Source: an uncultured Anaerolineae bacterium
Lineage (GTDB): Bacteria; Chloroflexota; Anaerolineae; CG2-30-64-16
Assembly: GCA_937124585.1 (NCBI GenBank)
Contig: CAKZKT010000014.1
Span: 7,393-71,392 of the forward strand
Reading direction: 5' to 3'
DNA: 64,000 nucleotides
This document shows positions 41,165-49,785 of the stretch, piece after piece. The first letter of the stretch is position 1. Each line of letters starts with the position of its first letter. Under the pieces are notes generated by a model that ran no database searches, had not been told where the DNA came from, and worked only from the letters and a program-made list of their open reading frames with translations. The position numbers were made by a program, and so were the translations under genes.

Positions 41165-41794
41165 TCACGGTCGCAGTTGCTGCAGAATCCCATCCAGCCG
41201 CGCCAGGTCGAGCGCCAGAAGTCTGGCCAGCTCACGGCCGGCCGAGATGAGATAGGCCGCGCGCTCCTGGTCGGTCGACCGCGTCGCCGCAGCCGCACGC
41301 AGCGCGGCGACAACCAGCTGATCGGCAGGCGCCTCGGTCGCGGCGAGCACGGTGCGCAGCCAGTCGTGGCGTTCGGTGAAGCGACGGATCTCAGCGGCAT
41401 TGCAGATGTAAATCGGGTCGAGCGTGCCGGGCGGCTGCAGCGCCAGCCGGTAGAACACATCCATGACGGCACTGCCCATTGCGCGCGGCCGACCATGTCC
41501 TACCACCAACACGTCCACATCCACGGGGGTCTGACGGATCTGACGTTGATCGGCGATGATCTCCTCGTTCTCCACGCCCGCGGCGACCAGCTGCCGCACA
41601 AATGGGTCATCCTCGATCCGCACATCGTAGACCAGACCGTAGGTTACGCTCTCGTCGCGGTGAAGCGCCTTGACCAGCGCGCCGAATGCAGGCGTCATGC
41701 GGCTCTGCTCGGCGATCGTCGGCCGACAGCCGATGGTGAAGCCGGTGGTGCTGGCCCTCAGCACGCGACCGGCGATGATGGTGAGTTCGTCCAT
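41165..41794 (-). CDS. Stand-alone HAS-barrel domain protein of nurA/herA loci
   Basis: GRVLRASTTGF, PAFGALV, YGLVYDVRIEDDPFVRQL, QPPGTLDPI, ELARLL. ATG at 41794 has an upstream SD; the longer TTG start looks non-coding. Confidence 0.72.
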   Translation of the reverse strand: MDELTIIAGRVLRASTTGFTIGCRPTIAEQSRMTPAFGALVKALHRDESVTYGLVYDVRIEDDPFVRQLVAAGVENEEIIADQRQIRQTPVDVDVLVVGHGRPRAMGSAVMDVFYRLALQPPGTLDPIYICNAAEIRRFTERHDWLRTVLAATEAPADQLVVAALRAAAATRSTDQERAAYLISAGRELARLLALDLARLDGILQQLRP

Positions 41795-41973
41795 GCCTGT
41801 CTCAACTCCGCCCTCTGCGATCTGACTTGCCAAAAACCGAAATGTGGCACAGAATCGCATCTGCCGCCACATCAACACAAGCCGACATGCGGTGTTACCC
41901 AATCGTCCGCCGATGCGATATCGACCGCCCTGAAAAACACATGCGCCCTGCCCCTGCACGCGATCAGAGCGCC

Positions 41974-43188
41974 TCAACGGCCCCGGCGACCACCGATCAG
42001 CGCCTTCAGGCCAGCCTTCTCCGAGACGGCCGGCAGCATGCCGTGGCGCAGGAGGGCCTGCTCCAGCATCGCCTCGAACCCGGCGCGCTCTGCGTCGCCC
42101 ACGACGGCCAGCTCGTGGGCACGCGTCAGCACATAGGGATAGGGTCGAGGCACACAGTTCTCGTAAACGACAGCCTGCACGACATCGAGCAGGCCGGGCT
42201 CATCGGCCACCCATCGCGGCATCTCGATGCGGGCGATGACGCTGTGCCGGGGATCGGCCTGCCGTGCCACGTTGACATACGCAAAGATGATGCGATCGCC
42301 GCCCGAAGCGCGCTCGTAGCGGTCGTTGGTCTCGGAATTGGCCGTGAAGAGCGCACAGCGCTCGTTGGGCGCCAGATCATCGAACAACAGGCGGTCGGTC
42401 AACAGACGAAAGCTGCCGCGGCGCAGCGACTCCCGAGAGATCTGCTCGATGGGCTGCTCGATGAGTTCCAGGATGCGCAGCACGTAGGCGCTGTCGGGCC
42501 GATCCACATAGCCCACCGGCACGGCGCGCGCTCGACGCAGGCGGTGCATTTGGGCGACGAAAAAGTCCATCTCCTCGTGGACCGGTGCATCCTCCTCGGC
42601 ATCCAGCTTCTGCCACGGCAGCAGCGGGCCGTCCGTCAGGCAGATGATCGGCCTGGACAGATCGCCGGCCAGGGCAGTACGCTCCGCCTCGGCCAGGTCG
42701 GCGAGGGCCCTGATCTCGCGACGGGCGCGCTGCGCGTTGACGTGTTCGGGCGGATGAAGCTGACCGTCCGCGTCGTACAGGTCCTGCTCCTCGTAAAAGA
42801 TCTCCGGCATGCTCATGACCGAGGGAGCCTGGCCGCTGCCTGCGCGCAAGACGATCGCGCCGGTGTTCACCAGGTAGTAGGGCACGATCGCATGGCGGTC
42901 GGGATAGATCTGGCTGCCGTCGGCGGCGATGAGGATGGCCGCCGAGGGTGTCAGGGTGGCTCGATGGCGTTCGCTGAGCTGCTCGCCCAGAGGAAGCGCA
43001 CCGCGACGCCATTGGTCAATCTCACGTGCCCGGCTGATCTTCGCGCGCAGTTCGGCCGTGACATGCGGCGTGGAGGCCAGGATCTCTTTGGCGCGTGCCA
43101 GGCGATCTCGTTGAGCATCGCGGCGCTGCGCCAATGCCTGGCCCATTACATCCACTTGTTTGGTCAGTTTGTTCAGCTCGAGCGCCAC
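41974..43188 (-). CDS. nurA: NurA 5'-3' nuclease
   Basis: AADGSQIYPDRH, TDGPL, VGYVDRP, ARIEMP, YPYVLTRAHELAVV; GTG start after SD AAGGA. Confidence 0.88.
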   Translation of the reverse strand: MALELNKLTKQVDVMGQALAQRRDAQRDRLARAKEILASTPHVTAELRAKISRAREIDQWRRGALPLGEQLSERHRATLTPSAAILIAADGSQIYPDRHAIVPYYLVNTGAIVLRAGSGQAPSVMSMPEIFYEEQDLYDADGQLHPPEHVNAQRARREIRALADLAEAERTALAGDLSRPIICLTDGPLLPWQKLDAEEDAPVHEEMDFFVAQMHRLRRARAVPVGYVDRPDSAYVLRILELIEQPIEQISRESLRRGSFRLLTDRLLFDDLAPNERCALFTANSETNDRYERASGGDRIIFAYVNVARQADPRHSVIARIEMPRWVADEPGLLDVVQAVVYENCVPRPYPYVLTRAHELAVVGDAERAGFEAMLEQALLRHGMLPAVSEKAGLKALIGGRRGR

Positions 43189-43220
43189 ACCAACGTCCTT
43201 TCGAACAGATTTTCGCAAAC

Positions 43221-43282
43221 ATTATAGCCGAAGAGAGCAGGAGAAGCAAACGGTTGACAAATCGCGCGCGCTGACTTACAAT
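43221..43282. promoter_or_regulatory. Back-to-back divergent sigma70 promoters
   Basis: Minus: TTGCTT(43249-43244)-N17-TATAAT(43226-43221). Plus: TTGACA(43254-43259)-N17-TACAAT(43277-43282). Confidence 0.75.
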
Positions 43283-43335
43283 CTACGAAGCAGGAACCGA
43301 GCGTCCTTCGCCGTTGAGATCAAGGAGCGTTCCGC

Positions 43336-45453
43336 ATGGGCAATCCATTTACCACGACCGTGGTGCAATTCAGTTGCATTGGCGGCCGCGTTCAGCCGCG
43401 CGCCGCCAATGTGCGCGCAGTTGAACCGGCAGCCGGCCTGCCGGGATCTGAACGCGGAAATCTGTATCTCCTGATCGAAGTGACCGGCAGCGGCGGGGGT
43501 CATGCGGCGCTTTATCGGCAGATGCTGAACGCAGCGCAAACCGCGTTTTATGAGGCGAGCGGCGGTCTGTCGGCTGCGCTGGTCCGAGCCGTACGCGCGG
43601 CGAATGTTGTGCTGATGCGGGCCAACGAGGCCCTGCCCGAAGCCAACTGGCGCGCCGGCATCAGCTGCGCAGCGGTGCAAGGCTCAGACCTCATGATCGC
43701 CCAGGCCGGGCCGTCTCTCATCATGGTCAGCCATCCCCAAACGATTGACCAGTATCCGGCGCAGGCTGGCGGAGCCGGCACCGCGCTCGGCGGGCCAGAA
43801 CGGCCGGAAGTCGAGCTGTATCGCACAACGATCGAGCCGGGCAGCATGTTGTTGCTGGCGCAGAGCGATTGGCTGAACATCGTGCCGCCGGAATCGCTGG
43901 CTGCGGTCACCGCGGCCGAGAATCCACGGCTGGCCGGCGACTACCTGGCCCAACTGGCCGGCGAAGCCGAGCTCAGCGCGCTCATCGTCTCTTTCGGCGC
44001 CAAAATCCCCGAAGTCCAGGACGAGCTCGCCGATAAGGAGACACTCCGATTCCCATCTCCGACGGCCGCGGCTGCGCCTCAACCGCAGGCCGCACCTGCG
44101 ACCGCACCTGAGGCCATGCCCACCCCGGCCGCCGAGCCGATACGGCAACGCCTGTTCGGCGGTCGGCCGTCGCCCCACGCAGAGCCACAGCCTGAGCCGC
44201 GTGTCGAACAGGAAAGCGTGGCTGCCGCAACCGACCACCAGCCGACCGCAGCCAGAGGGCCGCGGAGCCCCTGGGCGCTCCTGCTTGCTCTCATCATCAT
44301 TCCGCTCATCGTGGTGGCCCTGGTGGTGGCGATGCTGTGGTTCCGCACGCGCGCAGCCGACGCGGAATTTCAGCAGATCCTGACCGGCGCGGAAACCGCC
44401 ATCTTAGAAGCGCGCAGCTTGCCCGATGAAACCGCGGCCCGCTTGCGCCTGAGCAGCGCCAGGGATTTCCTGGACAAAGCACGCGCGCTGCAGCCCGACG
44501 ATCCCCAGCTGGAAAAGCTGCAGTCGGACTATGCAGAAGTATTGGGCCGGGTTAATCGCATCACGCCGCTCTACGGCCTGATCCCGCTGTGGCAATTCAA
44601 AGAAACGGGACGCAAATTCAACCGCATCCTGCTGGGCGGCGACTCCCTGTTCGTGCTCGATGCCGGCCGCAGCGAGATCGGCCGCTTCGTGCTCTCGCGG
44701 CTCGGCGACAGTATCACACCGGCCACGCCCGATGTCATCCTGCGCAAAGGCCAGCCGGTCGGCAATGTGGCCGTCAGCGACCTGGTAGATGCCGACTGGG
44801 CTGCGGCGGTCGGCAATCAGCGCAGCCGCTTGCTGGTGCTCGACACGGCGGGCGGACTGCTGAGCTACGATGTGACGTGGGGCGCCACGCGCGTGCCGCT
44901 GGCCGGCCGGGAGAAGCTCGTCCTGCCGCAGCTGGTCAAAAGCTACGGCGGTAATCTCTACATAGTGGACACGAAAGCCAATCAGATCTGGCGGTTCCGC
45001 CCCAGCGAAAAGGGCTACGAGAATCAGCCCGAGCCTTATTTCGCCGCGACCACGAGGGTTGACCTGGCAGGCATCCAGGCCGTCGAGATTGACGGCTTTG
45101 TCTGGCTGCTGTTCGCCGATGGTCGCCTGCTCAAATTCTTCGGGGGCGAGCAACGGCCATTTGAGCTGAAAGGCCTGCCCGATCCGCTCAGCACACCGAG
45201 CGCGGTCGTCTCACAGCTCGACGGCGACCTGATCTACATCGCCGATGCGGGCAACGGCCGCATCCTGGAATTCACCAAAGAGGGACAGTTCCGCCGGCAA
45301 TTTCGGCCTGCGCAGGGCAACCCCCTGCAAGGCCTCCGCGATCTCTTCCTGGATGAGGCCGGCGACAAATTCTATATTTTGACCGCAGATCAGCTGTTCA
45401 AAGCAGACGTGCCGAGGATGCCGGCCGGCGTGCAGGCCGCGCCGGGCCAGTAA
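43336..45453 (+). CDS. Hypothetical bitopic membrane protein: PP2C-like N-domain, Pro-rich linker, TM helix, helical segment, beta-propeller
   Basis: N-terminal alpha/beta region (LYLLIEV, GISCAAV, MLLLAQSD), TM WALLLALIIIPLIVVALVVAMLW, and NHL-like repeats (LFVLDAG, LYIVDTKANQIW, IYIADAGNGRI). Confidence 0.7.
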   Translation: MGNPFTTTVVQFSCIGGRVQPRAANVRAVEPAAGLPGSERGNLYLLIEVTGSGGGHAALYRQMLNAAQTAFYEASGGLSAALVRAVRAANVVLMRANEALPEANWRAGISCAAVQGSDLMIAQAGPSLIMVSHPQTIDQYPAQAGGAGTALGGPERPEVELYRTTIEPGSMLLLAQSDWLNIVPPESLAAVTAAENPRLAGDYLAQLAGEAELSALIVSFGAKIPEVQDELADKETLRFPSPTAAAAPQPQAAPATAPEAMPTPAAEPIRQRLFGGRPSPHAEPQPEPRVEQESVAAATDHQPTAARGPRSPWALLLALIIIPLIVVALVVAMLWFRTRAADAEFQQILTGAETAILEARSLPDETAARLRLSSARDFLDKARALQPDDPQLEKLQSDYAEVLGRVNRITPLYGLIPLWQFKETGRKFNRILLGGDSLFVLDAGRSEIGRFVLSRLGDSITPATPDVILRKGQPVGNVAVSDLVDADWAAAVGNQRSRLLVLDTAGGLLSYDVTWGATRVPLAGREKLVLPQLVKSYGGNLYIVDTKANQIWRFRPSEKGYENQPEPYFAATTRVDLAGIQAVEIDGFVWLLFADGRLLKFFGGEQRPFELKGLPDPLSTPSAVVSQLDGDLIYIADAGNGRILEFTKEGQFRRQFRPAQGNPLQGLRDLFLDEAGDKFYILTADQLFKADVPRMPAGVQAAPGQ

Positions 45454-45573
45454 AGCGAAGCCGCGGCATCTCGCCGCACGGCAAACGCAAGACGACCTGC
45501 GATCAACGGGGAACTCTTCTCTGGCGTGCGCCGTCTCCGATGACGAGACGGCGCACGTGCGTAGCGTCTCTGT

Positions 45574-45602
45574 TTGGCTTCTCATTCCGGGAGACGTATA
45601 AT
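45574..45602 (+). promoter_or_regulatory. Promoter of the LCP gene, possibly leaderless
   Basis: TTGGCT-N17-TATAAT, 8 nt before the ATG at 45611; no obvious SD. Confidence 0.5.
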
Positions 45603-45610
45603 CAACGGTT

Positions 45611-47068
45611 ATGAATGCAGAGAGACAGATCAACCTTCGACCGACCGGCCCACGCTCGCCGCTGTTGCCGGGCCTTTTGCTCGGCCTGCTTTTGACGTTG
45701 TTCATCGTGCTTTTCGTCTATGTGGCGGCCTTGTTCGTCTCGTTGGGACAGCAGGCAATCGCCGAGAGCCCGACCCAGCCGCCGTTGGCACTGCCACGGC
45801 TGGTGCGGCTGGCGCCGGTTTTCGAGCAAAATGAAGGCGCCGTTGCCGGCGTGGCGATCACACAACCCACGGGCCGGCGGTCACAGGAAGCGACGCCGGT
45901 GCTCACCGGCCGCCTAACCGTGCTGGTGATGGGTGTGGACAATCGCCCCGACGAGCCGGTGGCGCGCACCGATTCGATCATCGTGCTGACCCTGAACCCG
46001 AAGACCGGCGCCGCGGGCATGCTCTCGATCCCACGCGATGTCCTGGTCTACGTGCCGGCGCTGAACGATACCATCAAGATCAACAGCGTGCATGTCTACG
46101 GCGAAATCAACAAATTCCCTGGTGGCGGCCCGGAATTGCTCCGCCAGACCGTCGCCGAGCTGATCGGCTATCCGATTGACTATTACGTGCGCATCAATTT
46201 CGATGGCTTCCGACAGATCATTGACCTGGTCGGCGGCATCGAGATCGAGGTGGCCAAAGATATCAAGGATGACCTCTATCCTGACGAGAATTACGGCTAC
46301 GACCCCCTCTTCATCCCAGCCGGTCGGCATCACATGGACGGCGCGCTGGCGCTGAAATATGCGCGCACCCGCCACGTGGATTCCGACTACGGCCGCGCGG
46401 CCCGTCAGCAACAGGTCATCATGGCATTGAAGAATAAGCTGACGCAGCCGGGCCAGCTGGCCGGATTGCTGCCCAGGCTTCCCGGCCTGGCGTTCGCCCT
46501 GGCCAACTCGATCCAGACCGATATGCCGATCGAAAAGGCGATTGCGCTGGCGCGCACCGTGGATCAGGTGGACTTAAAAAATCCGACCCGCATCGTCATA
46601 GACAACACCATGGGCACAGACGGCATGGACTCGCGGTGGGGCTATGTGCTGCGGCCCGACATGAACAAACTGCGGGCAGCGACAGCGGCCGTCTTCGCCG
46701 ATCTCTCCGCTGATGTTTCTCCTGCCGAAGCAATGCGGCAAACGATTCAGGACGAAAATCCGCGTGTGATGGTGCTCAACGGGACGCCGGAAGCGGGCCT
46801 GGGCGCCAGTGTGGCCGACGCGCTGGCCGCAGCCGGTTACACGATCGTAAACATCGGCAATGCCGACCGGGGCGATTACACCCAAACCGTGCTGATCACT
46901 CATGGCGATGGCAAAACGGTGAGCCGCGAAGAGCTGGTGCGTCGGTTCAGCCTGATGCCGGCGCAAATCCGCTCCGAACCCCCTTCAGACGCCGTAGACC
47001 TCACCCTGATCCTGGGTGCCGATCAAATCAAGGCCAGCGCGTCCGGAGGCGCCGACCAGAGGCCTTGA
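45611..47068 (+). CDS. LCP (LytR-CpsA-Psr) protein with LytR_C domain
   Basis: VMGVD, RTDSII, LSIPRD, KINS, ALKYARTR, DYGRAARQQ; C-terminal VMVLNGT...GNAD. Confidence 0.92.
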   Translation: MNAERQINLRPTGPRSPLLPGLLLGLLLTLFIVLFVYVAALFVSLGQQAIAESPTQPPLALPRLVRLAPVFEQNEGAVAGVAITQPTGRRSQEATPVLTGRLTVLVMGVDNRPDEPVARTDSIIVLTLNPKTGAAGMLSIPRDVLVYVPALNDTIKINSVHVYGEINKFPGGGPELLRQTVAELIGYPIDYYVRINFDGFRQIIDLVGGIEIEVAKDIKDDLYPDENYGYDPLFIPAGRHHMDGALALKYARTRHVDSDYGRAARQQQVIMALKNKLTQPGQLAGLLPRLPGLAFALANSIQTDMPIEKAIALARTVDQVDLKNPTRIVIDNTMGTDGMDSRWGYVLRPDMNKLRAATAAVFADLSADVSPAEAMRQTIQDENPRVMVLNGTPEAGLGASVADALAAAGYTIVNIGNADRGDYTQTVLITHGDGKTVSREELVRRFSLMPAQIRSEPPSDAVDLTLILGADQIKASASGGADQRP

Positions 47069-47167
47069 AGTTGCAGACGCGACGCCGCTGCGTCGGCCAC
47101 CACTGATCCCCCTCTGCCTGCCGTCTGCGCCCGCGCCGGTGCCGGCTAACCCGAAAATCACTGTCCA

Positions 47168-47201
47168 ACGTGCCAGGCATCTTGCAGAGTGCCTGGCACG
47201 T
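47168..47201. repeat. REP-like palindrome, reverse orientation of the 39548 copy
   Basis: ACGTGCCAGGCA-TCTTGCAGAG-TGCCTGGCACGT. Confidence 0.85.
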
Positions 47202-47377
47202 GGGCACAGCTCGTTTTCATGGCTTGTTGTGCCCCGGCAAGGACATGGACGCTGCTCCGCCAACGCCTCCCGTTGATATGACCCATGTCATTTGTCCCGG
47301 CCGGGATTCGTGATAAATTTAGCTTGGTTGCAACAAAACAGCGCAGTCTGACAAGACCCGAACGGGAGCCCTGGAAG

Positions 47378-47755
47378 ATGGCCAAAATCCTCATCGTGGA
47401 TGATGATCCCGATTTCATTGAAATGACCTCTGTGGTTTTGGAGCGCGCCGGCCATCAGGTGGTGGAGGCAGCCAACGGCGAAGAGGGATTTGCACGCGCC
47501 AAACAGGAGAAACCGGACCTTGTGATCCTGGATGTGATCATGGATACCGTGCTGGAGGGGGTTACGATCAGCCAGCGCATGCACGAAGATCCTGAGCTGC
47601 GGAATCTGCCTGTCATCATGGTCACGTCCATTGCCAACACGGATTATGCCGAGCTTTTCCCGACCGACGAGTACATCCACATTGATGCGTTCATGAGCAA
47701 ACCCATCACCCCCGCTGCACTCCTGCGCCAGGTGGATCGGCTACTGGCCGGTTAG
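47378..47755 (+). CDS. Single-domain response regulator
   Basis: KILIVDDD, LVILDVIM, MVTS, FMSKP; no output domain. Confidence 0.9.
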   Translation: MAKILIVDDDPDFIEMTSVVLERAGHQVVEAANGEEGFARAKQEKPDLVILDVIMDTVLEGVTISQRMHEDPELRNLPVIMVTSIANTDYAELFPTDEYIHIDAFMSKPITPAALLRQVDRLLAG

Positions 47756-47781
47756 GGCGAACGAACTGCGATATTATCACC

Positions 47782-49785
47782 ATGTGGGACGCAGCCAGGA
47801 GAGCCGTGCGAAGATTCTTTGGCGCACCGTTTCAACTGGTGCTGGTGATCGCGTTCTCGCTGGTTGCAGCGACCACGATCCTCGTCGGCACCGGTGTGAT
47901 CTCGCGCACCATTCGCGACTACCTGTCCGTTACCATGGCCGAGCGGGTCGCACGCGACATGCACCTGGCGCAGGCACTTTACCAAAGCTGGCTCACCGAC
48001 ATCGCCGAAATGACCCATCACGTGACGTTGAGCCCCGCCGTCATCCAGCACTGCGCCGCGGCCGGCAGGGGTGAAAGCCAGGCCCTGGACATCATCGAGC
48101 AAGAGGTCGCCAGGGTGATCCGCGCCGAGAGATTCCCGGGCAACCACCTGGTCGCCATCCTCGATGCCGAGGGCAGCTTCGTCACCGGCCATTGGGTGCC
48201 GACGGGCGGCGCGCCGACGCTGCTACGCAACGCAGGCGACTGGACGGGATTGCCGTCAATAAAGACGGTTTGGGACGGCAACGCCGGGGTTGCAACCACA
48301 GAGGTGATCCCCTACGAAGTCCTCTCCTCTGTGGGCCTTGCGGAACAGGCCTATATCCCGTTGCTCGAAACCCCCAGGGCAGCCGATGTTCCTTTCGATC
48401 CGCGCGAAGGCCGCGCCGGACTGGCCCTGGTCAGCGTGATGCCCATCCGCCAGGACGACGGCACTCGCGTGGGCCTGGCCCTGGCTTTTCATCTCTTCAA
48501 CAACGATTTCACCCTGGTGGATCAGATCAAAGAGGTGGCGGCTGTTGATACGGCCACGATCTTCCTGGGCGACCTGCGCGTCTCGACCAACGTGCGCGGC
48601 CTGGACGGCGAACGGGCGATCGGCACTCGCCTCTCCAAAGAGGTGAGCCAGGTCGTGCTGGAACAGGGAAACCCCTACATAGGCCCGGCTTTCGTGGTTC
48701 AGGAAAACTACATCACCCGTTACGAGCCGTTGCGCAACCATGCGGGGCAGGTGATCGGGATTTTGTACGTCGGCGCGCGCGAAGCCAGGTTCGCCCGTCT
48801 GGTCAACAGCTTCAACGAAAGGGTGGCCCTGGTGGCGCTGGGCTCCATCCTGGCGACCTTCTTGCTGGCAGTGCCCGTCTCACGCGTTGTGACCCGTCCC
48901 CTGCAGGAGCTGCGGGAGCTGGCCAAGGCCAATCGGCGCGTGGCGCGCGGGGACTTGACGGTGCGCGTGCCCGTCCGGGCCGGCGGCGATGTGGGGGAGC
49001 TGGCCAGTTCGTTCAACGCCATGTTGGATCAGTTGCAGAGCACCCAGGATCAGCTGGTGCACTCGGAGAAGCTGGCCTCTTTGGGCCAGCTGGCGGCCGG
49101 CGTTGCTCATGAGCTGAACAACCCGTTGGCCACCGTCCTGCTGTTTTCGGATATCTTGCTGCGGGAATGCGGGCCGGACGATCCGCAGCGCTCCGACCTG
49201 GAGATGATCGCCAGCGAAACCCGCCGCTGCAAAGGGATCGTCGCGGCGTTACTGGACTTCGCGCGCCAGAACCAGGTCATGGCCCAGGCCACAAACCTGA
49301 ACGCGATTGTGCAACAGGTGCTCCAAATCGAAACCAAGCGCTTGGGAGATGTCCCCATCACCTTCATCGCCGAGCTGGATCCGCAACTGCCCACTATCGA
49401 AGCGGACCCGGCCCAGCTGCAGGAGGTGGTCGCCAATCTGGTCACCAACGCGATCGAGGCCATGCCCTCGGGAGGCAAGCTCACGGTGCGCACCCGGCCG
49501 GGCCCTGAAGGCATGGTGACTATGACCGTGACCGACACCGGCGTGGGCATCACGCCGGAGGATCAAGCCAAGTTGTTCGTCCCGTTCTTTACGACCAAAC
49601 CGGTGGGAAAGGGCACCGGCCTGGGCCTGGCGATCGTTTATGGCATCGTCAAGATGCACCGCGGCCAGATCACCGTGCAAAGTCAGCAGGGCAAAGGCAC
49701 AACCTTTACCGTCACGTTGCCGGTGCGCCTGCTGCCCGGTGACAATTCCAGCATTAACTCGAGAAAAGACAGCGCATTTATATGA
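47782..49785 (+). CDS. Membrane sensor histidine kinase (Cache-HAMP-HisKA-HATPase, NtrB-like)
   Basis: ATIFLGDLRVSTNV Cache segment, HAMP, EKLASLGQLAAGVAHELNNP, NAIEAM, DTGVG, FFTTK, GTGLGL. Confidence 0.92.
   Translation: MWDAARRAVRRFFGAPFQLVLVIAFSLVAATTILVGTGVISRTIRDYLSVTMAERVARDMHLAQALYQSWLTDIAEMTHHVTLSPAVIQHCAAAGRGESQALDIIEQEVARVIRAERFPGNHLVAILDAEGSFVTGHWVPTGGAPTLLRNAGDWTGLPSIKTVWDGNAGVATTEVIPYEVLSSVGLAEQAYIPLLETPRAADVPFDPREGRAGLALVSVMPIRQDDGTRVGLALAFHLFNNDFTLVDQIKEVAAVDTATIFLGDLRVSTNVRGLDGERAIGTRLSKEVSQVVLEQGNPYIGPAFVVQENYITRYEPLRNHAGQVIGILYVGAREARFARLVNSFNERVALVALGSILATFLLAVPVSRVVTRPLQELRELAKANRRVARGDLTVRVPVRAGGDVGELASSFNAMLDQLQSTQDQLVHSEKLASLGQLAAGVAHELNNPLATVLLFSDILLRECGPDDPQRSDLEMIASETRRCKGIVAALLDFARQNQVMAQATNLNAIVQQVLQIETKRLGDVPITFIAELDPQLPTIEADPAQLQEVVANLVTNAIEAMPSGGKLTVRTRPGPEGMVTMTVTDTGVGITPEDQAKLFVPFFTTKPVGKGTGLGLAIVYGIVKMHRGQITVQSQQGKGTTFTVTLPVRLLPGDNSSINSRKDSAFI

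Noticed and set aside
41795-41973. N-terminal extension of the HAS-barrel ORF, or a structured RNA between nurA and it
   Set aside because: The translated extension looks random and only short (7-8 bp) inverted repeats are present; neither call is supportable.
47300-47330. Rex box upstream of the first response regulator
   Set aside because: Only the left half (TCGTGAT) resembles the consensus; the right half does not.
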